DNA of 63,968 nucleotides, counting the filler, from Octopus bimaculoides (Eukaryota): assembly GCF_001194135.2 (NCBI RefSeq). It is 6 parts of 6 records of this genome, joined end to end, with 100 filler letters (N's around TTAATTAATTAA, not from the genome) between each part and the next. Parts side by side here need not be neighbours in the genome. Positions count along the whole stretch, not along the records: positions 1 to 25,661 come from NC_068991.1; 5 more parts are not named here. One strand, given 5' to 3'. Shown piece by piece: positions 1 to 12,520 of the stretch. Made by a program: the position numbers and the translations under genes. The notes below the pieces were generated by a model, which did not search any database, was not told where the DNA came from, and worked only from the letters and a program-made list of their open reading frames with translations. Position 1 is the stretch's first letter, and each line of letters begins with the position of its first letter.

Positions 1-720
1 TGTGCCTATAATAGAAAGGTTTATTAGCTACTGCCAATATGCTTCAGCCATTTTTTGACAAGGAAATAATAATTTTATCACCGCCAGAATCGTTTGAGAA
101 TCGTTTGTTTACGTAGTCAGCACTTTAATGTATTCGGCTGAATGGACGTCAGTCATTGGTTGAAATTACAGAAATACGACAACTTTAACATGAAATAACT
201 TGCGATGTACGTTTTTTTGTTAAGAAGACTAAGAGAAAAAGATGTTTTATATGACACATTCTACCAGTGTCCCAAGTTTCAAAGTGTTTCGTTAAGAAAA
301 TACTGGTGCCCCCGTTTTGAACAAGATCCCTAATTTTTAAAAAATTAATATTTTCTCCCTAGACTGGAAGACCCGTTAGCTTAGTTATTAATTTTGCTCA
401 AGAAAAGAAGAGGAGACAGTTTTGGTAATATGAAATTAAGGATAAATTAAGTGAGAGCATGTGTCGATCGGAGTTAATTATTTGGACATTAGAGATAGGG
501 TCGTTCATATTTATATGTATCTAACATGACTGTAGGCTGTAGCAAAGTGCAGGAGGTGTGGGTACGGAAGCAGGAAAAATGCTACTCTTTGTTTCATGAG
601 TCACTCCGCAGCTCCTGTTCTCTCAAAGTTCTATCTAACGAAGCATTATTCCAGAGTATTAAATACATTCTATGTGATATACATATATGCATGAACGTAC
701 GTATGTACGTATCGCATATC

Positions 721-737
721 ACACACACACACACACA

Positions 738-776
<39 letters not shown>
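721..776. repeat. (CA)n microsatellite
   Basis: Direct dinucleotide run; source of the THTH/CVCV pseudo-ORFs. Confidence 0.95.
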
Positions 777-778
<2 letters not shown>

Positions 779-1228
779 ATTTGCTTATGTAAGTGTGTGT
801 ATATTGTATATATCTGTACGCCAGATGTGTGTCGTCTGTGTATGTGTACACGCTTGTTACAGCTCAAAAACTATACAAACCCGTCACAAAGGAAAATTCT
901 ATTCTCGTCTTTGTTGTTTTCTTCACGCTCCATTATAAAAAATAACAGTAACATAAAGAAACAAACAATATTTGTATAAAAAAAACACAAAGCAAGTTAT
1001 AGGGCTCTAAATAACAGGAGTTAAAACGGCCATGCACGGCAACAAAAGCTGATGATCATCAACCACAACATCGCTAGCTACAATAACAACTTCCACACAA
1101 CAGAAACAACAACAACAATAGTAAATATAAAACCTTGAGTAAAGAACAATGCTTAAAATTACAAGGATGCGTTGTCATAAAAGAAGCGTTTAATGCTATG
1201 TGCCAGCCGCAGGTAGCAATTAATCCGC

Positions 1229-1243
1229 CATAATAATAATAAC

Positions 1244-1302
<59 letters not shown>
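1229..1302. repeat. (AAT)n microsatellite
   Basis: Direct trinucleotide run. Confidence 0.95.
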
Positions 1303-1303
<1 letters not shown>

Positions 1304-2124
1304 CTTAACAAAGGTTAAGGGTTTCTGTCTAAAACAGGATTGACAACACCCAACTTTACTACAATAACATCTGCAACAGCGATATGATGCCGTGTCAAAA
1401 AAATAAAGCTCACAAAACGTTTTTATTGTATATTGTATGCATATATATTTTTTTATAGGGGCTGTTTGAAAAAAAAAAGGGCTTGTACTTTTGACATGAA
1501 ATAAGTAAGCTGACATTATAGCTTCAGACTCAAATCTTTGTTATTGAAGCAGTGCGCGCGCGTCTGTTTCAATGTAGTAAATAGGGAGTGGTAGAGCCGG
1601 TGACTGTCCCCTTTATGGCCACTGTAGGGTGGCAGCTAAACTGCTGGATTGTGTGACAAGATTTTCAATCGAGCTGAGCGTCATTTTCAGCAACAAATGG
1701 TTATTATCCAACAACAATGTTTGTCTGTTACAGCGCATTTAAAATGTTAAAATTCACACTAATAATAGTTTCCTTCTTACATCAACCGATCGGCTCTTCC
1801 CCTCTTTGTGTCTTGTTCCTTATCGTTGTTATTGTTAAACCTTACATCAACCCTGATAGAGTCGGTGTGTGAGCAAAGGTATTCCACCCATAAGCTTTTC
1901 GTCTTACTTTTTTCAGATATCTTGGTCTCTCAATGTGTCCACTCTTGTTTTAAAGACATTAGGTTCGATTTGAATATTTGACTGCTGTTTCTAAAAAAAA
2001 ATTAAGCAACCTACAGAGGTTTGCTGACTGACATGTTCTGCCTTGTTATAATAACAAACATCAACTAACCTTATATCTAAGTAAACTATTTCATATATAT
2101 TTATTAACATTACAGGTAGGATTA

Positions 2125-2333
2125 AGGCTGTGAGGTGGTAGAATCATTGCCGCGTCGGGCAAATGCTTTGCGGCATTTCTTCCGATTTACGTTCTAAATT
2201 GAAATGCCGCCAGGATAGATATTACATTTCATCCTTCCGGGATCGATAAAATAAGTACTAGTTCAGCACTGGGGTCGATGTGATCGACTAACCTCCTCCC
2301 TCGAAATTGCTAGCCTTGTGCCAGAGTTTGAAA
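2125..2333 (+). mobile_element. tRNA-derived SINE, family B (AAGGCGGYGAGCTGGCAGAA head), full-length diverged copy
   Basis: Head aaggctgtgaggtggtagaatc; core ...tttcatccttccgggatcgataaaataagtac...ggggtcgatg; 3' end gccttgtgcc. The same blocks recur more than 12 times in the window. Confidence 0.85.
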
Positions 2334-2344
2334 GCAACATTACA

Positions 2345-2555
2345 GATCCTTTCTCAATGTAAGGCACAAAACCTCAATGAATTTGGATTGAACAATTTAG
2401 TTCACTCAAATCGATCTCAGTACGATTTAATCAAATTCCAGAGAGATGAAAGTGATAGTTGACCCCGGTGTGATTTGAAATCTGGTCACAAATGGCCGTA
2501 AGAAAATATCGAGAAAAATTTTGTCCGATGCTGTAAAACGTTTCTTAATCCACCG
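2345..2555 (-). mobile_element. SINE family B, old degenerate copy
   Basis: gatgaaagtgatagttgaccccggtgtgatttgaaatc aligns by eye to the family core gatgaaaggcaaagtcgacctcggcggaatttgaactc. Confidence 0.6.
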
Positions 2556-3143
2556 CGTACAGAAATTAATTATAAACGTTTCATTTTTATACAGTATAGT
2601 AAAATAATAAGGTAATACCATTAGTAGGCGGGATTAAGAAAGTAAAGGGGGAGGATGAAATACTGTAACTGAATAAATTAAGAGAAGTTAAAACAAGACA
2701 AGAAATAGGGAAACAATTTTTTAAAAAAGAAACTCCAAAAATCTTTGAAGTATTAAGTGTATACAAATGGGTAAACAAGCGAAAGAAGGTATGCACGCAG
2801 CAGATTTACTGAAGTATTAAGTCATTAATAACAGGTTAACTTGGCTCCACATTACTTAAAGTTTCGCGGATGCAAAACACATTAGTCTATACGGAAAGAG
2901 TGTAGAGAATTTAAATGAAATTGAAAAATGACTTCTGAGAGGGAGCTTCAATTAGCTAACTACATTTCTTTCATAACATGTTCCTGTAGAAGATCTCATC
3001 AGTGTGGGGAATGTTTTACAAGTCATTGGGCCCAAAACATTCTTCCCTGAAACACACACACACAAAATACTGAGTCGATCCAACGTCCGACACTCAAGGT
3101 AGGGTTGTTTTACCATCTAGAAATAGAAGCCAAATCTCTCGTT

Positions 3144-3178
<35 letters not shown>

Positions 3179-3645
3179 AACACCTCAAATATCTTGAAAA
3201 AGGTGAGGGGCACATTAGATAATACAGTAGTAAATATACAAAAGATGAGATGAGCATGTCTGCCATTATGGGTCTGGTGGATCAGAGCTGACCTTGGACT
3301 TAGCAAAAGGGGTCCCGTGTAGGTTACGAACTAATAATTGTATTATCTGTAACTAGACATTCCTCCGAGTGCTGCTGCTGCTGCTGCTGCTGCTGCTGTG
3401 CTGGTGGTACTGCTTCCACTATCAGAAGAGTATCAAAGAGCAAGCTTGTGTGTAGTCTTTCCAATTGCTAGAAATAGCAGTAAAAACTTCCTGAAACCGC
3501 ACCGCAACATCTTTTACAAAGTAGAAAAAAAAAAACGATAGATCTAGTCCAAGATACACTGTGCCTGGATGGAATGGTCACGACTGGTTTTTGATTATAA
3601 ATCAGCTGGATTAGAGCTGACCTTGAGTTAAACAACAGTGATATT

Positions 3646-3676
<31 letters not shown>

Positions 3677-4330
3677 ATAACAAAAGCAATAAGATAATAT
3701 AACACAACAACGTGGCATGCATGCAAGCACATACTCACACACACAATCACATACACACACACACACACACACCACACACACACACACAAACACACAAACA
3801 CACAAACACATGCGCACACGAACACATGCACACAGAAACACATAAACACACATACGCTCACACACACACACACACACACACATACGCTCACACACACACA
3901 TACATACACATAAACAAACAAGCAAATACCTTCATATCTTCTTTTAAACTTTGAAAAGTTGTAAAGTTCTAAAACAATCCGCAAGAATGTCTCGGTGTCG
4001 ATTAGTTGGATTCTAAGACAATCTGTAGGAATGTCTTATTCGCGTAGATTGCCTTCGCAATCTGGTGAAGCATTTCACTATTACTTCAACCCTAATTGTG
4101 ATGGATGGGCACGGTGGAAATGGGAACCTATAGAGGTTCTTAACAACGACCCATTACAACATACCAGAACACTGGAATGTTCATATTAATATGCTCTTGC
4201 TTTATTATTTTTTTTTTTATTGTTATTATTGTTATCATTATTATTATTGTTATTATATTCTTCTGTCTTCCGAACTCTCTCTCTCTCTCTATCTGTATGT
4301 GTGTGTGCATAAAGTTAACTATCTATTTAA

Positions 4331-4405
<75 letters not shown>

Positions 4406-4779
4406 ATATATATTTTACTTTTTCAACCATTCAGTTACGGTCATTTTGAGACAAGTCCTTGAAGAGTGTGGTCAAACAAATGGAGCTCAGTACTTATTTT
4501 TTAAAATCTAGTATTTATTGTACCGGTCTCGTTTTACCGAACCACAAATTTATAGGGAAGTCAGCAAGCTAACAGAGGTTTTGAAGCGATGGCGGGGAAG
4601 AAACACAAGTACACACAGACATAGACACTCACACACACACACACGCACACACAGACACACACACGCACACACAGACACACACACGCGCACACAGACACAC
4701 ACACAACCCCTCCCACACACACACACACGCATGCACGCACATACGCGCGCGCACGCATAAACACATATACATGTACGTA

Positions 4780-4939
4780 TATATGACGGGCTCCTTTTAT
4801 TTTTGTCCCACCAAATCAGCTCACAAGGCTTTGGTCGACCGGGGTTGTAGTAGAAGATACTTGCCCAAGGTACCATGCTGTGGTACTGAACGCAGAACCA
4901 TGCTGGAGGGCAAACTTTTTAAAACACAGCCACTCCTGC
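4780..4939 (-). mobile_element. tRNA-derived SINE, family A (octopus OR/OK-type), 5' half
   Basis: Reverse complement of the family A head seen at 17925: cacaaggctttggtcgacc...gtagaagatacttgcccaagg. Confidence 0.85.
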
Positions 4940-4944
4940 AGCTC

Positions 4945-5059
4945 TCTGTTTATCTGTCTATCTATCTATCTATATGTCTGTCTGTCTGTCTGTCTGTATG
5001 TCTGTCTGTCTGTCTGCCTGTCTGTCTTTCTGTATGTCCGTCCGTCCATCCGTCCCTCC

Positions 5060-5115
<56 letters not shown>

Positions 5116-5160
5116 GTTCATCCATCTATCCTTTTATCTATCTATATATATATATATCTT
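4945..5160. repeat. Compound (TCTA)/(TCTG)n tetranucleotide microsatellite
   Basis: Direct repeat run. Confidence 0.9.
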
Positions 5161-5397
5161 TTTATTATAGCCACACAGGGCTAAATACAGAAAATGGACA
5201 AATTACAAAGTAGAGCTTNNNNNNNNNNNNNNNNNNNNNNNNNNNNNNNNNNNNNNNNNNNNNNNNNNNNNNNNNNNNNNNNNNNNNNNNNNNNNNNNNN
5301 NNNNNNNNNNNNNNNNNNNNNNNNNNNNNNNNNNNNNNNNNNNNNNNNNNNNNNNNNNNNNNNNNNNNNNNNNNNNNNNNNNNNNNNNNNNNNNNNT

Positions 5398-5760
5398 TAT
5401 CCGTGGAGAGAAAAGCCTACGGAAAAGACCACGGTCACCTCAGGCTTTTTTTTTTAAAGGTACATGAAAGTAAGTACCTTCTCTCTTTTTGTCTCTTTTT
5501 GTTACAAGTCTTTGCTTAAAATGGTGTCGTCTTTCATTCTTACCATTCTTGCCACATTTACCCATTTTTTATTGAAACTTTCATTCGACAACACCTTCCT
5601 CTCTATCCTCATCCTCCTTTTCAAGTGGTACTTGAAAAAGTTGACGAGGGAGTGACCAGAGAGGAAAGTGTTTGTTTGTAGACCTTTCAAACGCGTCCAC
5701 CACACGCATTCTTTTGCCATAGCTATCAGTGTTACAAAAACCGTTTTTCTTTCCCGTATA
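5398..5760 (-). mobile_element. Tx1-like (L1 group) non-LTR retrotransposon, ORF2 C-terminus plus partial 3'UTR
   Basis: Minus frame ...AMAKECVWWTRLKGL...SLVNFFKYHLKRRMRIERKVLS...KKWVNVARMV; paralogous to 10024-10359; AKxxIWxxR-type C-terminal motif typical of Tx1/L1 ORF2. Confidence 0.75.
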
Positions 5761-7197
5761 TATCCATCTGTCTGTCTTCTGTCTGTCTGTACATATATAC
5801 ACATATACATGTTTTATGCACATATGCACGTATGTATATACGAGTGTGTGTGTGCGTGTGTGCGTGTTTTTTGTGTGTGTGCGTGTGTGCGTGTTTTTTG
5901 TGTGTGTGCGTGTGTGTTTTGTGTGTGTGTGTGTGTGTGTGTGTACTTACGGGGCATGTATTTTTACTTCCTCAGTGGCCCCACCACATTTTCTCATTCA
6001 CTCCCTTAACACCTTACACTATCTGTCACCAACTACTCCCCTCCTCCTCAACCTCCTTTTGTTCCTTTTCAAAGTTCCTGACAAGCTTTTTCTTTCTTTT
6101 TCATCTTTTTCCTAGAATTTTCAGACTAAGGGGTCAGCTGACCTTGCATGTGACTTAACAGTTAACTTCTAAATGGATATTGGGAGTTAGATAGGTAACA
6201 GGGGTTTAGAAAGGCCCGTTTTTTTATTGGTTCTGTGGTGGTTGTGATGGTAGCGGTGGTGGTGATAGTGGTGATGGTGGTGTTGGTGGTGGTGGTGATA
6301 GTGATGGTGTGCGGTTTAATGTAGGGTTACATAGTCACGACTGTGTTCTCAGCGGCGAAAGAAACGGAAGCGGAGGGTGGCAGGTAAAATTATGAGCATC
6401 GGTAGCGAGGTGATAGCCGTGGTAAAGCGTGTTTACGTATGGATATATGTATGTACATCTGCATTTATGTATGTATGTTTGTATGTATGTATGTATGTAT
6501 AAATGAATAAGTGGATGAATGAGTGAATTTGCTTGTGTTAAGGGTTCACAAAGTTATCGTCATTGCTACGCTGCTGTTGTTTCTGTTCATTTTGTCGTTT
6601 TCATTTCGTTTTTGTGGGAGGACTATCAAAAAGAAAAGTCGTCTTTGTCTTCTCTATGTCAACCCCAGTAACGTTTTAACCTGGTTCCAACTCTTGTGAG
6701 ACCTTACTGTATAATTTTCCAAAAGTGTATTGCAATCATTAATAATGGTATTGTTGTACTGTTTGTAATCATTTTGGTTACTAATGACTCTTAGTAACAA
6801 AATGAAATTTGGCGAAACAAAGGAGCCAAACCAAGTAAATAGGTGTATTAAATCAAGACAAATGTTAAAATAATTTTTATAGAATGCAAATAAATAAATA
6901 TAAATACTAAATAAATATATTTAATTTATACACCATAACGTTTCCAAGAGCCGCAGATAGTGCTTTAGGTACCAATCATTTGGCCTCAGATTTACAATAC
7001 AACGTTCCATTGCGATAAAAATTCTCCAGCCTGGAGAATTTAATTTTTCTAGAAAGTTTGATATTTATGTTATATTAAAGTGTTAACAATAAATTCCTAT
7101 GGTGTAAATTAATCTGCAATGCTGCGGAAAGGGTGTGGTAAAAGTAAGAGATAGATAGAGGGGAGAGAGAGGGGGAGATGGATAGATAGATAGAAAA

Positions 7198-7263
<66 letters not shown>

Positions 7264-8186
7264 TATGTGATGTATGGCGAACGACGAAGCTGGAGGGAAA
7301 GAATGAAAATTCCTAATCACGTAAGAAGGTTGAATTATGTTGATAGACAAGAATAATTTGCACGTTGGGAAAACAGGCTGAAGAGAATAGAGCAGATTTC
7401 CTAGAAACTAAACAGATGATTATGAAGGAAATGATAGGATATTGTTAATGATTGAGGAGGTATTTATGGGTGACACTATACCACAAAAAATGGGCCACAG
7501 AATTTCCAATGGCAATGCCAGTTAAATCTAATAATGTATACTTTTGTGGCTTGGTTTGAGAAGGAATGCAATGACCATGACTGTTTTCAAGGGCTTTGTC
7601 ATAAGAGAAGAAAGGAAAGAAGGGATTATGTTATACATAGACCAAACTTCCTTGGATGCTTGCAGCAGAGTGAACCCTATCACAAGCACCCCAGGACCAG
7701 AGGTTTGTAATCTTAAACCGGGAGACAAGTTAACATTATCAAAATTAGGAAGTGGCGTTCCATCGAGCTCGGTACATTTCTCATGAAGCAAATCCTACGA
7801 CCACACAGACACCCAGCTTCCATTGACCTGTCGTACTAAAAGAATTTTGCCCAAGACACTTTGTTGTGAGGTCGAATATAGAACAGCAGGATTGTAACCT
7901 TACACCAATGTCTAGGATTATGTCCCCAGTACACTTCAACAAGTTACAACGAACCTGAAGTGAAACCCGATCATATCAGAAATAGAAACTTTTCTAAATC
8001 CACAACCCTGATTGTCTCTAATTATATAGACACATTGAAGGATGTAGTCCGAGGTATACTAAACCTGGAATGAAGACTGAATGGTCCTGACAGTAATGTT
8101 TTTGATTATATGTCTTCTTGATCAGGGTTGACTTAAATTAATACAATGACGTTATGAACATTCCACCTTTAGAATAACTTGACGAA

Positions 8187-8440
8187 TTACACTGTACTTG
8201 TGGAGAGAAATATTTTGAAATTTGAGATTCCGTGACACTCATGCCTTTTCCTAGGGTCATTATAAGCAGCGTTAGTGACGTCATCTACGTCGGCAAATAA
8301 TCTAAACCGAGTTGCTTTCTCCTCACTCTTTCTCTCTTTCTCATTCTCCCTCTCTCTCCCTCTCTCCGTCTTTTCCCTCTCGGCGAAGATGTCAGTGGCT
8401 TCCTTTACCCTCTTCACTCTTCGTTGTTCGTCACTTTGAG
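8187..8440 (-). CDS. Candidate phase-1 terminal coding exon of an unidentified gene (xQSDEQRRVKRVKEA...HECHGISNFKIFLSTSTV*)
   Basis: Acceptor atatatttctag at 8441-8452 on the minus strand, then 84 codons including the stop. No homology recognised; part of the frame is GA-rich low complexity. Confidence 0.2.
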
Positions 8441-8878
8441 CTAGAAATATATTTTTCAATCAATAGACTATAATACCGCCAGACATAGAGACACCAATCA
8501 AACCTCTCCCCCATCTTCACACCACCGCACCACCACACACTTCTAAACAACATCATTTAAAGAAAAAATGGCAAAACTAAAAGAGCTACCCTAAAATAAC
8601 AACAATAATAATGATAATTATAAAAAAATCCACTGGAGTGGTGGCAAGATATAAGAAAATGAAAGAAACGGATCCGTTTCATCTAAATAGCTTTAGTGAC
8701 AAAAGATTTGATGACAACTAGTAATTTCCTGAACAAATGGAGTCGAGAACACGTCTGCACTTTGTTTGTTATGAAAACACTGCAGTAAATTGAAGCAAAA
8801 ATTAAGTTGCGAATCACTACCGTTCTTTTGTTGCTACTTAATATAGGATTAACAAAAAAATCAAAGCTATAATAATAA

Positions 8879-9258
8879 TTCTTACTGCTATAGGCACAAG
8901 GCCTGAAACTTTTAAGAAAGGGGTTAGTTGATTACATCGACACCAGTGCTTGACTGGTACTTAATTTATTGAGCCTGAAAGGATGAACGGCAAAGCTGAC
9001 CTCGGCAAAGCTGACCTCGGCAAAGTGCAGCTAGGCATTTCGTCCGGCGTACTCATGATTCTTTCATCTCGCCGCCTTAATGATTTCAAATTTTGACACA
9101 ACACTGGCAATTTATGAGGGAAGTGGGGAGTAGATTACATTGGCCCCAATACTTGACTGGTACTTGATGAAAGGAAAATCGACCTCGGCGGAATTTGAAT
9201 TCAGAAACTAAAAGTCGGGTGAAATGCCGCCAGTAATTTTGTAGTGCCAGCTCGCCAC

Positions 9259-9310
<52 letters not shown>

Positions 9311-9665
9311 TCTTTCTACTGGAAGCACACGGCTTCAAATTTAGGCGAAGGTATTAAGTCGATTACATCGACCCCAGTGCGTAAGTGGTACTTATTTCAT
9401 CGACCCCGAAGGGATGAAAGGCAAAGTCGACCTCGGCGGAATTTGAACTCAGAATGTAGAGACTGACTAAATGACGCTAAGCATATTGCCCGGGGTGCTA
9501 ACGATTCTGCTAGCTCGTCGCCTTAATAATGATAATAATAATCCTTTCTGCTGCAGATACAAGGCCCGAAATTTTGGGGGAGAGTGATAGTCGATTATAT
9601 CGACCTCAGTCCTCAATTGGTACTTCTTTTATCGACCCCGAAAAGATGAAAGGTAAAGTCAACCT
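8879..9665 (-). mobile_element. Cluster of four co-oriented SINE family B copies (~8879-9078, 9120-9260, 9311-9523, 9543-9665) separated by (AAT)n
   Basis: Four recurrences of the ...cgaccccgaaaggatgaaaggcaaagtcgacctc core on the same strand, with AAT runs at 9260-9310, 9524-9542 and 9666-9705. Confidence 0.9.
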
Positions 9666-9724
9666 AATAATAATAGTAATAATAATAATAATGATGATGA
9701 TAATGATTTCTTTTTTAGGCCACA

Positions 9725-10385
9725 AGTGCCCAAGACATGGAGGACAATATCGAATGACGAGTTACAAAACAACAAAAAAATTATAAAAATAAATACATAT
9801 GGGGTTAACATCAATCAAGGGGAGATACTACTACATTACAAGATATAACAGAAGATATATAAGAGAAAGTAGAGAAATAAATAATAAATAAATAAATAGA
9901 ATCCCCAAAAGCGGGGCAGTCCACTTAGCGTAATCCGGGGTAAATCCAACACAAAAATACCGGATTACTCTGCCATCTCCAAAGCATGGGAAAGTGCTCT
10001 CTTCCAGTCTTTTTTCCTCATGCTTAGAAAAGCATATTCAAAGTAGATCCATTCGGTCTCACCAGTCTTGCCACTGTCGACCACCTTTTGATAAACACAC
10101 TAGAAGGCAGCACCTCCCTCTCTACCCTCACTTTCCTCTTCAAATGATATTTGAAGAAATTAATGAGATCATCTCTCATAACCTCAACTATCTCCCTAAA
10201 GAAATCTTGGGTTGCTTTCTCGCTAACGGTTTTGGGCAGCTGGTACACTGCAGTGAGCGCCTGGCAACATTCTAGATGCCAAACATCCAACCTTGGCCTA
10301 CGTTTGACCCATGATTTCAGCTCTGTCAACGAGATGAGCTGCGGAAAGACGTGTCGCACGAAAGACGCTCACACCAGTTCACCCT
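9725..10385 (-). mobile_element. Tx1-like LINE 3' end (ORF2 C-terminus and 3'UTR)
   Basis: Minus frame ...DLINFFKYHLKRKVRVEREVLPSSVFIKRWSTVARLVRPNGSTL; homologous to the 5398-5760 copy. Confidence 0.8.
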
Positions 10386-10439
10386 TATTTTCGTCGTCGT
10401 CGTCGTCGTCGTCCACATCATCTCAGTGATTTAGATATT

Positions 10440-10680
10440 TCCGTAGGTGAGACAGCCACAAAGTATGGCGCCGCATCATTAAGGATGGCATCGCAAGACC
10501 ACCACGGTGTTGGTGTTGACAGCAGATGAATTTTCTGACCAGCGGAACCTAACCCTTCCATAAGAATCGGAAAAGCAAGCGCTCCAATCTAGTCAGAGTT
10601 TTCTTAGAAAAAGTACAACGGCTAGGCGGTGGTACACTACCGAAGCGATATATGCATTCCCTACTTTCGCCCGGACTTTC
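10440..10680 (-). mobile_element. Tx1-like LINE, post-RT region fragment
   Basis: Minus translation ...YRFGSVPPP...LTRLERLLFRFLWKG*VPLVRKFICCQHQHRGGLAMPSLMMRRHTL matches the FLWxG...GGLxxP motif downstream of the Tx1/L1 RT domain. Confidence 0.75.
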
Positions 10681-10689
10681 AGACAGCAT

Positions 10690-11150
10690 ACGGCATATGC
10701 AATCATATAAGGCAAGCACATTACATAAAGTATGTAAGCTATAAGTGTCATGAAATATACGCCATCCGCCGTATGAGGCAGACACATGGTATACAATATA
10801 TATGCCTTAAGAATGATAGACACCTGTAAAGCATACACTCCGTATAAGGTATATCTGGAGTATGAAACATAGACCCTCTAAAAGACATACACATTGTATA
10901 AGATATACACGCCGTATGTTATATAGAACGTCTATAAGGTATTCCTGTCTTATTAGGCATACACGACATATGAAATATAAATGCTGTATAAGGCATAAAC
11001 AATGTATATGGTATATATGCTATATGGAATACAGACACTCTGTAATGCAGATATATTATAAAATATGCAAATGCCTTATAATGTATATGCAACTCATGAA
11101 ACATAGATGCTGTATAAGGCATACATAAAGTATAAGGTATACGAGTGTAT
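10690..11150. repeat. Degenerate ~16-nt minisatellite (consensus roughly GTATAAGGCATACAC)
   Basis: Recurrent units cgtataaggtatatct, tgtataagatatacac, ctgtataaggcataaac, ctgtataaggcatacat. Confidence 0.65.
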
Positions 11151-11382
11151 ATATCTTATATATATCGCGTACATCTTATGCTTTGCAGCAAATTAAACTG
11201 CATAGATTGCTTTCGGATATTGATATTCAAGCGATAATGATCTCATGCTTTTGTATGTTACTTTATTTCATCGATCTCACGGGTTATAAGGCAAAGACCA
11301 TATTTTCGGAATTTGAACTCAATATGCAAAGAGTGTTACTGCGAAATGTCTGATGTGCGTGTGAGTAAGTGAGTGAGTGAGT

Positions 11383-11492
<110 letters not shown>

Positions 11493-11869
11493 CACTACTA
11501 TCTCTCTCTGCTTAATCAGATACATAATTTAACTTCACGTAAATGCAAATTTATTGTCAGTAATTGCTGCAAAGCTGTATTTGTCAAAGCAATATCAACT
11601 AGAAATCGCTTAAAGTAACCATCACTATTAAAATACATGCTGTACGTTAACAGTAGCACACTGTTGACTTAGTATCAGAGCTTAATAATAACAAAGATCA
11701 ATAGACTACGTTAGCTACTAATTATTATGACCTTGTTACTACAACAACATGGACAGGTGCTGAACTCGGCCACGCTTATTGCCTTACTTAGCCCTGACAA
11801 TTACACAACACATTGACACACTGGTGTAGTCATGTTATCATTAAGGGTAAGGCAGTGTATCAACCAACA

Positions 11870-12520
11870 AACTGCATATAGTAATGGAAAAATGTTATTT
11901 AGTTACAGCCCATTTCGTTCTAAGTTCAAATCTTGCCAAAGTCATCTAAGCCGGCCATCCTTCCTGAGTTGATAAAATATAGTACCAGTCAAATACTGGG
12001 GTCAATTTAATCAAATAACACCGATTCACCAAATTCCTGGTATTGTGCTAAATTTATAAATTCTCCCCCACCCCACCCCTTTATATTTCCCTTTGTTACT
12101 ATTTCCGCTAACAGGCAAACGGAAATCGTTAGAGAGTCGAACTAAATGCTATTTTTCCCCGACCCTCTAACGGCATTTTTGGCCTGATTATTTATATCAT
12201 GAGTTCAGACCCCGTCGATATCAATTTTGCCTTTCATTCTTTTCGGGGTCGATAAAATAGAATACCATTCAATTAACAGGTTCGACAATATCGACTAAAC
12301 CTGACTTTCAAATTACTTGTTTTGTTCCAAAAGTAGGAATTTTTTAAAGATGTGGATTGGCAAGATCGTTAGAACGACTATCGAACTGTCCCACAATACT
12401 TCGTACTCTTTACGTTCTGATTTCAGATCCTGCTGTGGTCAATTTTTCTTTCATCCTTCCGGGATGGATGACAAAGAACCAGTGAAATACAGGAGTCGAT
12501 TTAATTATTGCACCCTATCA
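11870..12520 (+). mobile_element. Three consecutive degenerate SINE family B copies
   Basis: Core ...tttcatccttcc/tcggg..gataaaatag..tacca recurs at ~11960, ~12240 and ~12455 on the + strand. Confidence 0.7.

Noticed and set aside
526-979. ORFs rich in HT/CV/YI dipeptides here and throughout the window
   Set aside because: They are translations of (CA)n/(TG)n/(TA)n microsatellites, which lack stops in several frames; there is no coding signal.
2600-2930. Protein-like plus frame IPLVGGIKKVKGEDEIL*LNKLREVK...
   Set aside because: It is interrupted by stops, A-rich, and no family could be recognised; not supportable as a feature.
3995-4189. W-rich ORF (FHYYFNPNCDGWARWKWEP) vaguely like a dynein heavy-chain segment
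   Set aside because: The resemblance is superficial, there are no usable splice sites, and no other matching exons were found.
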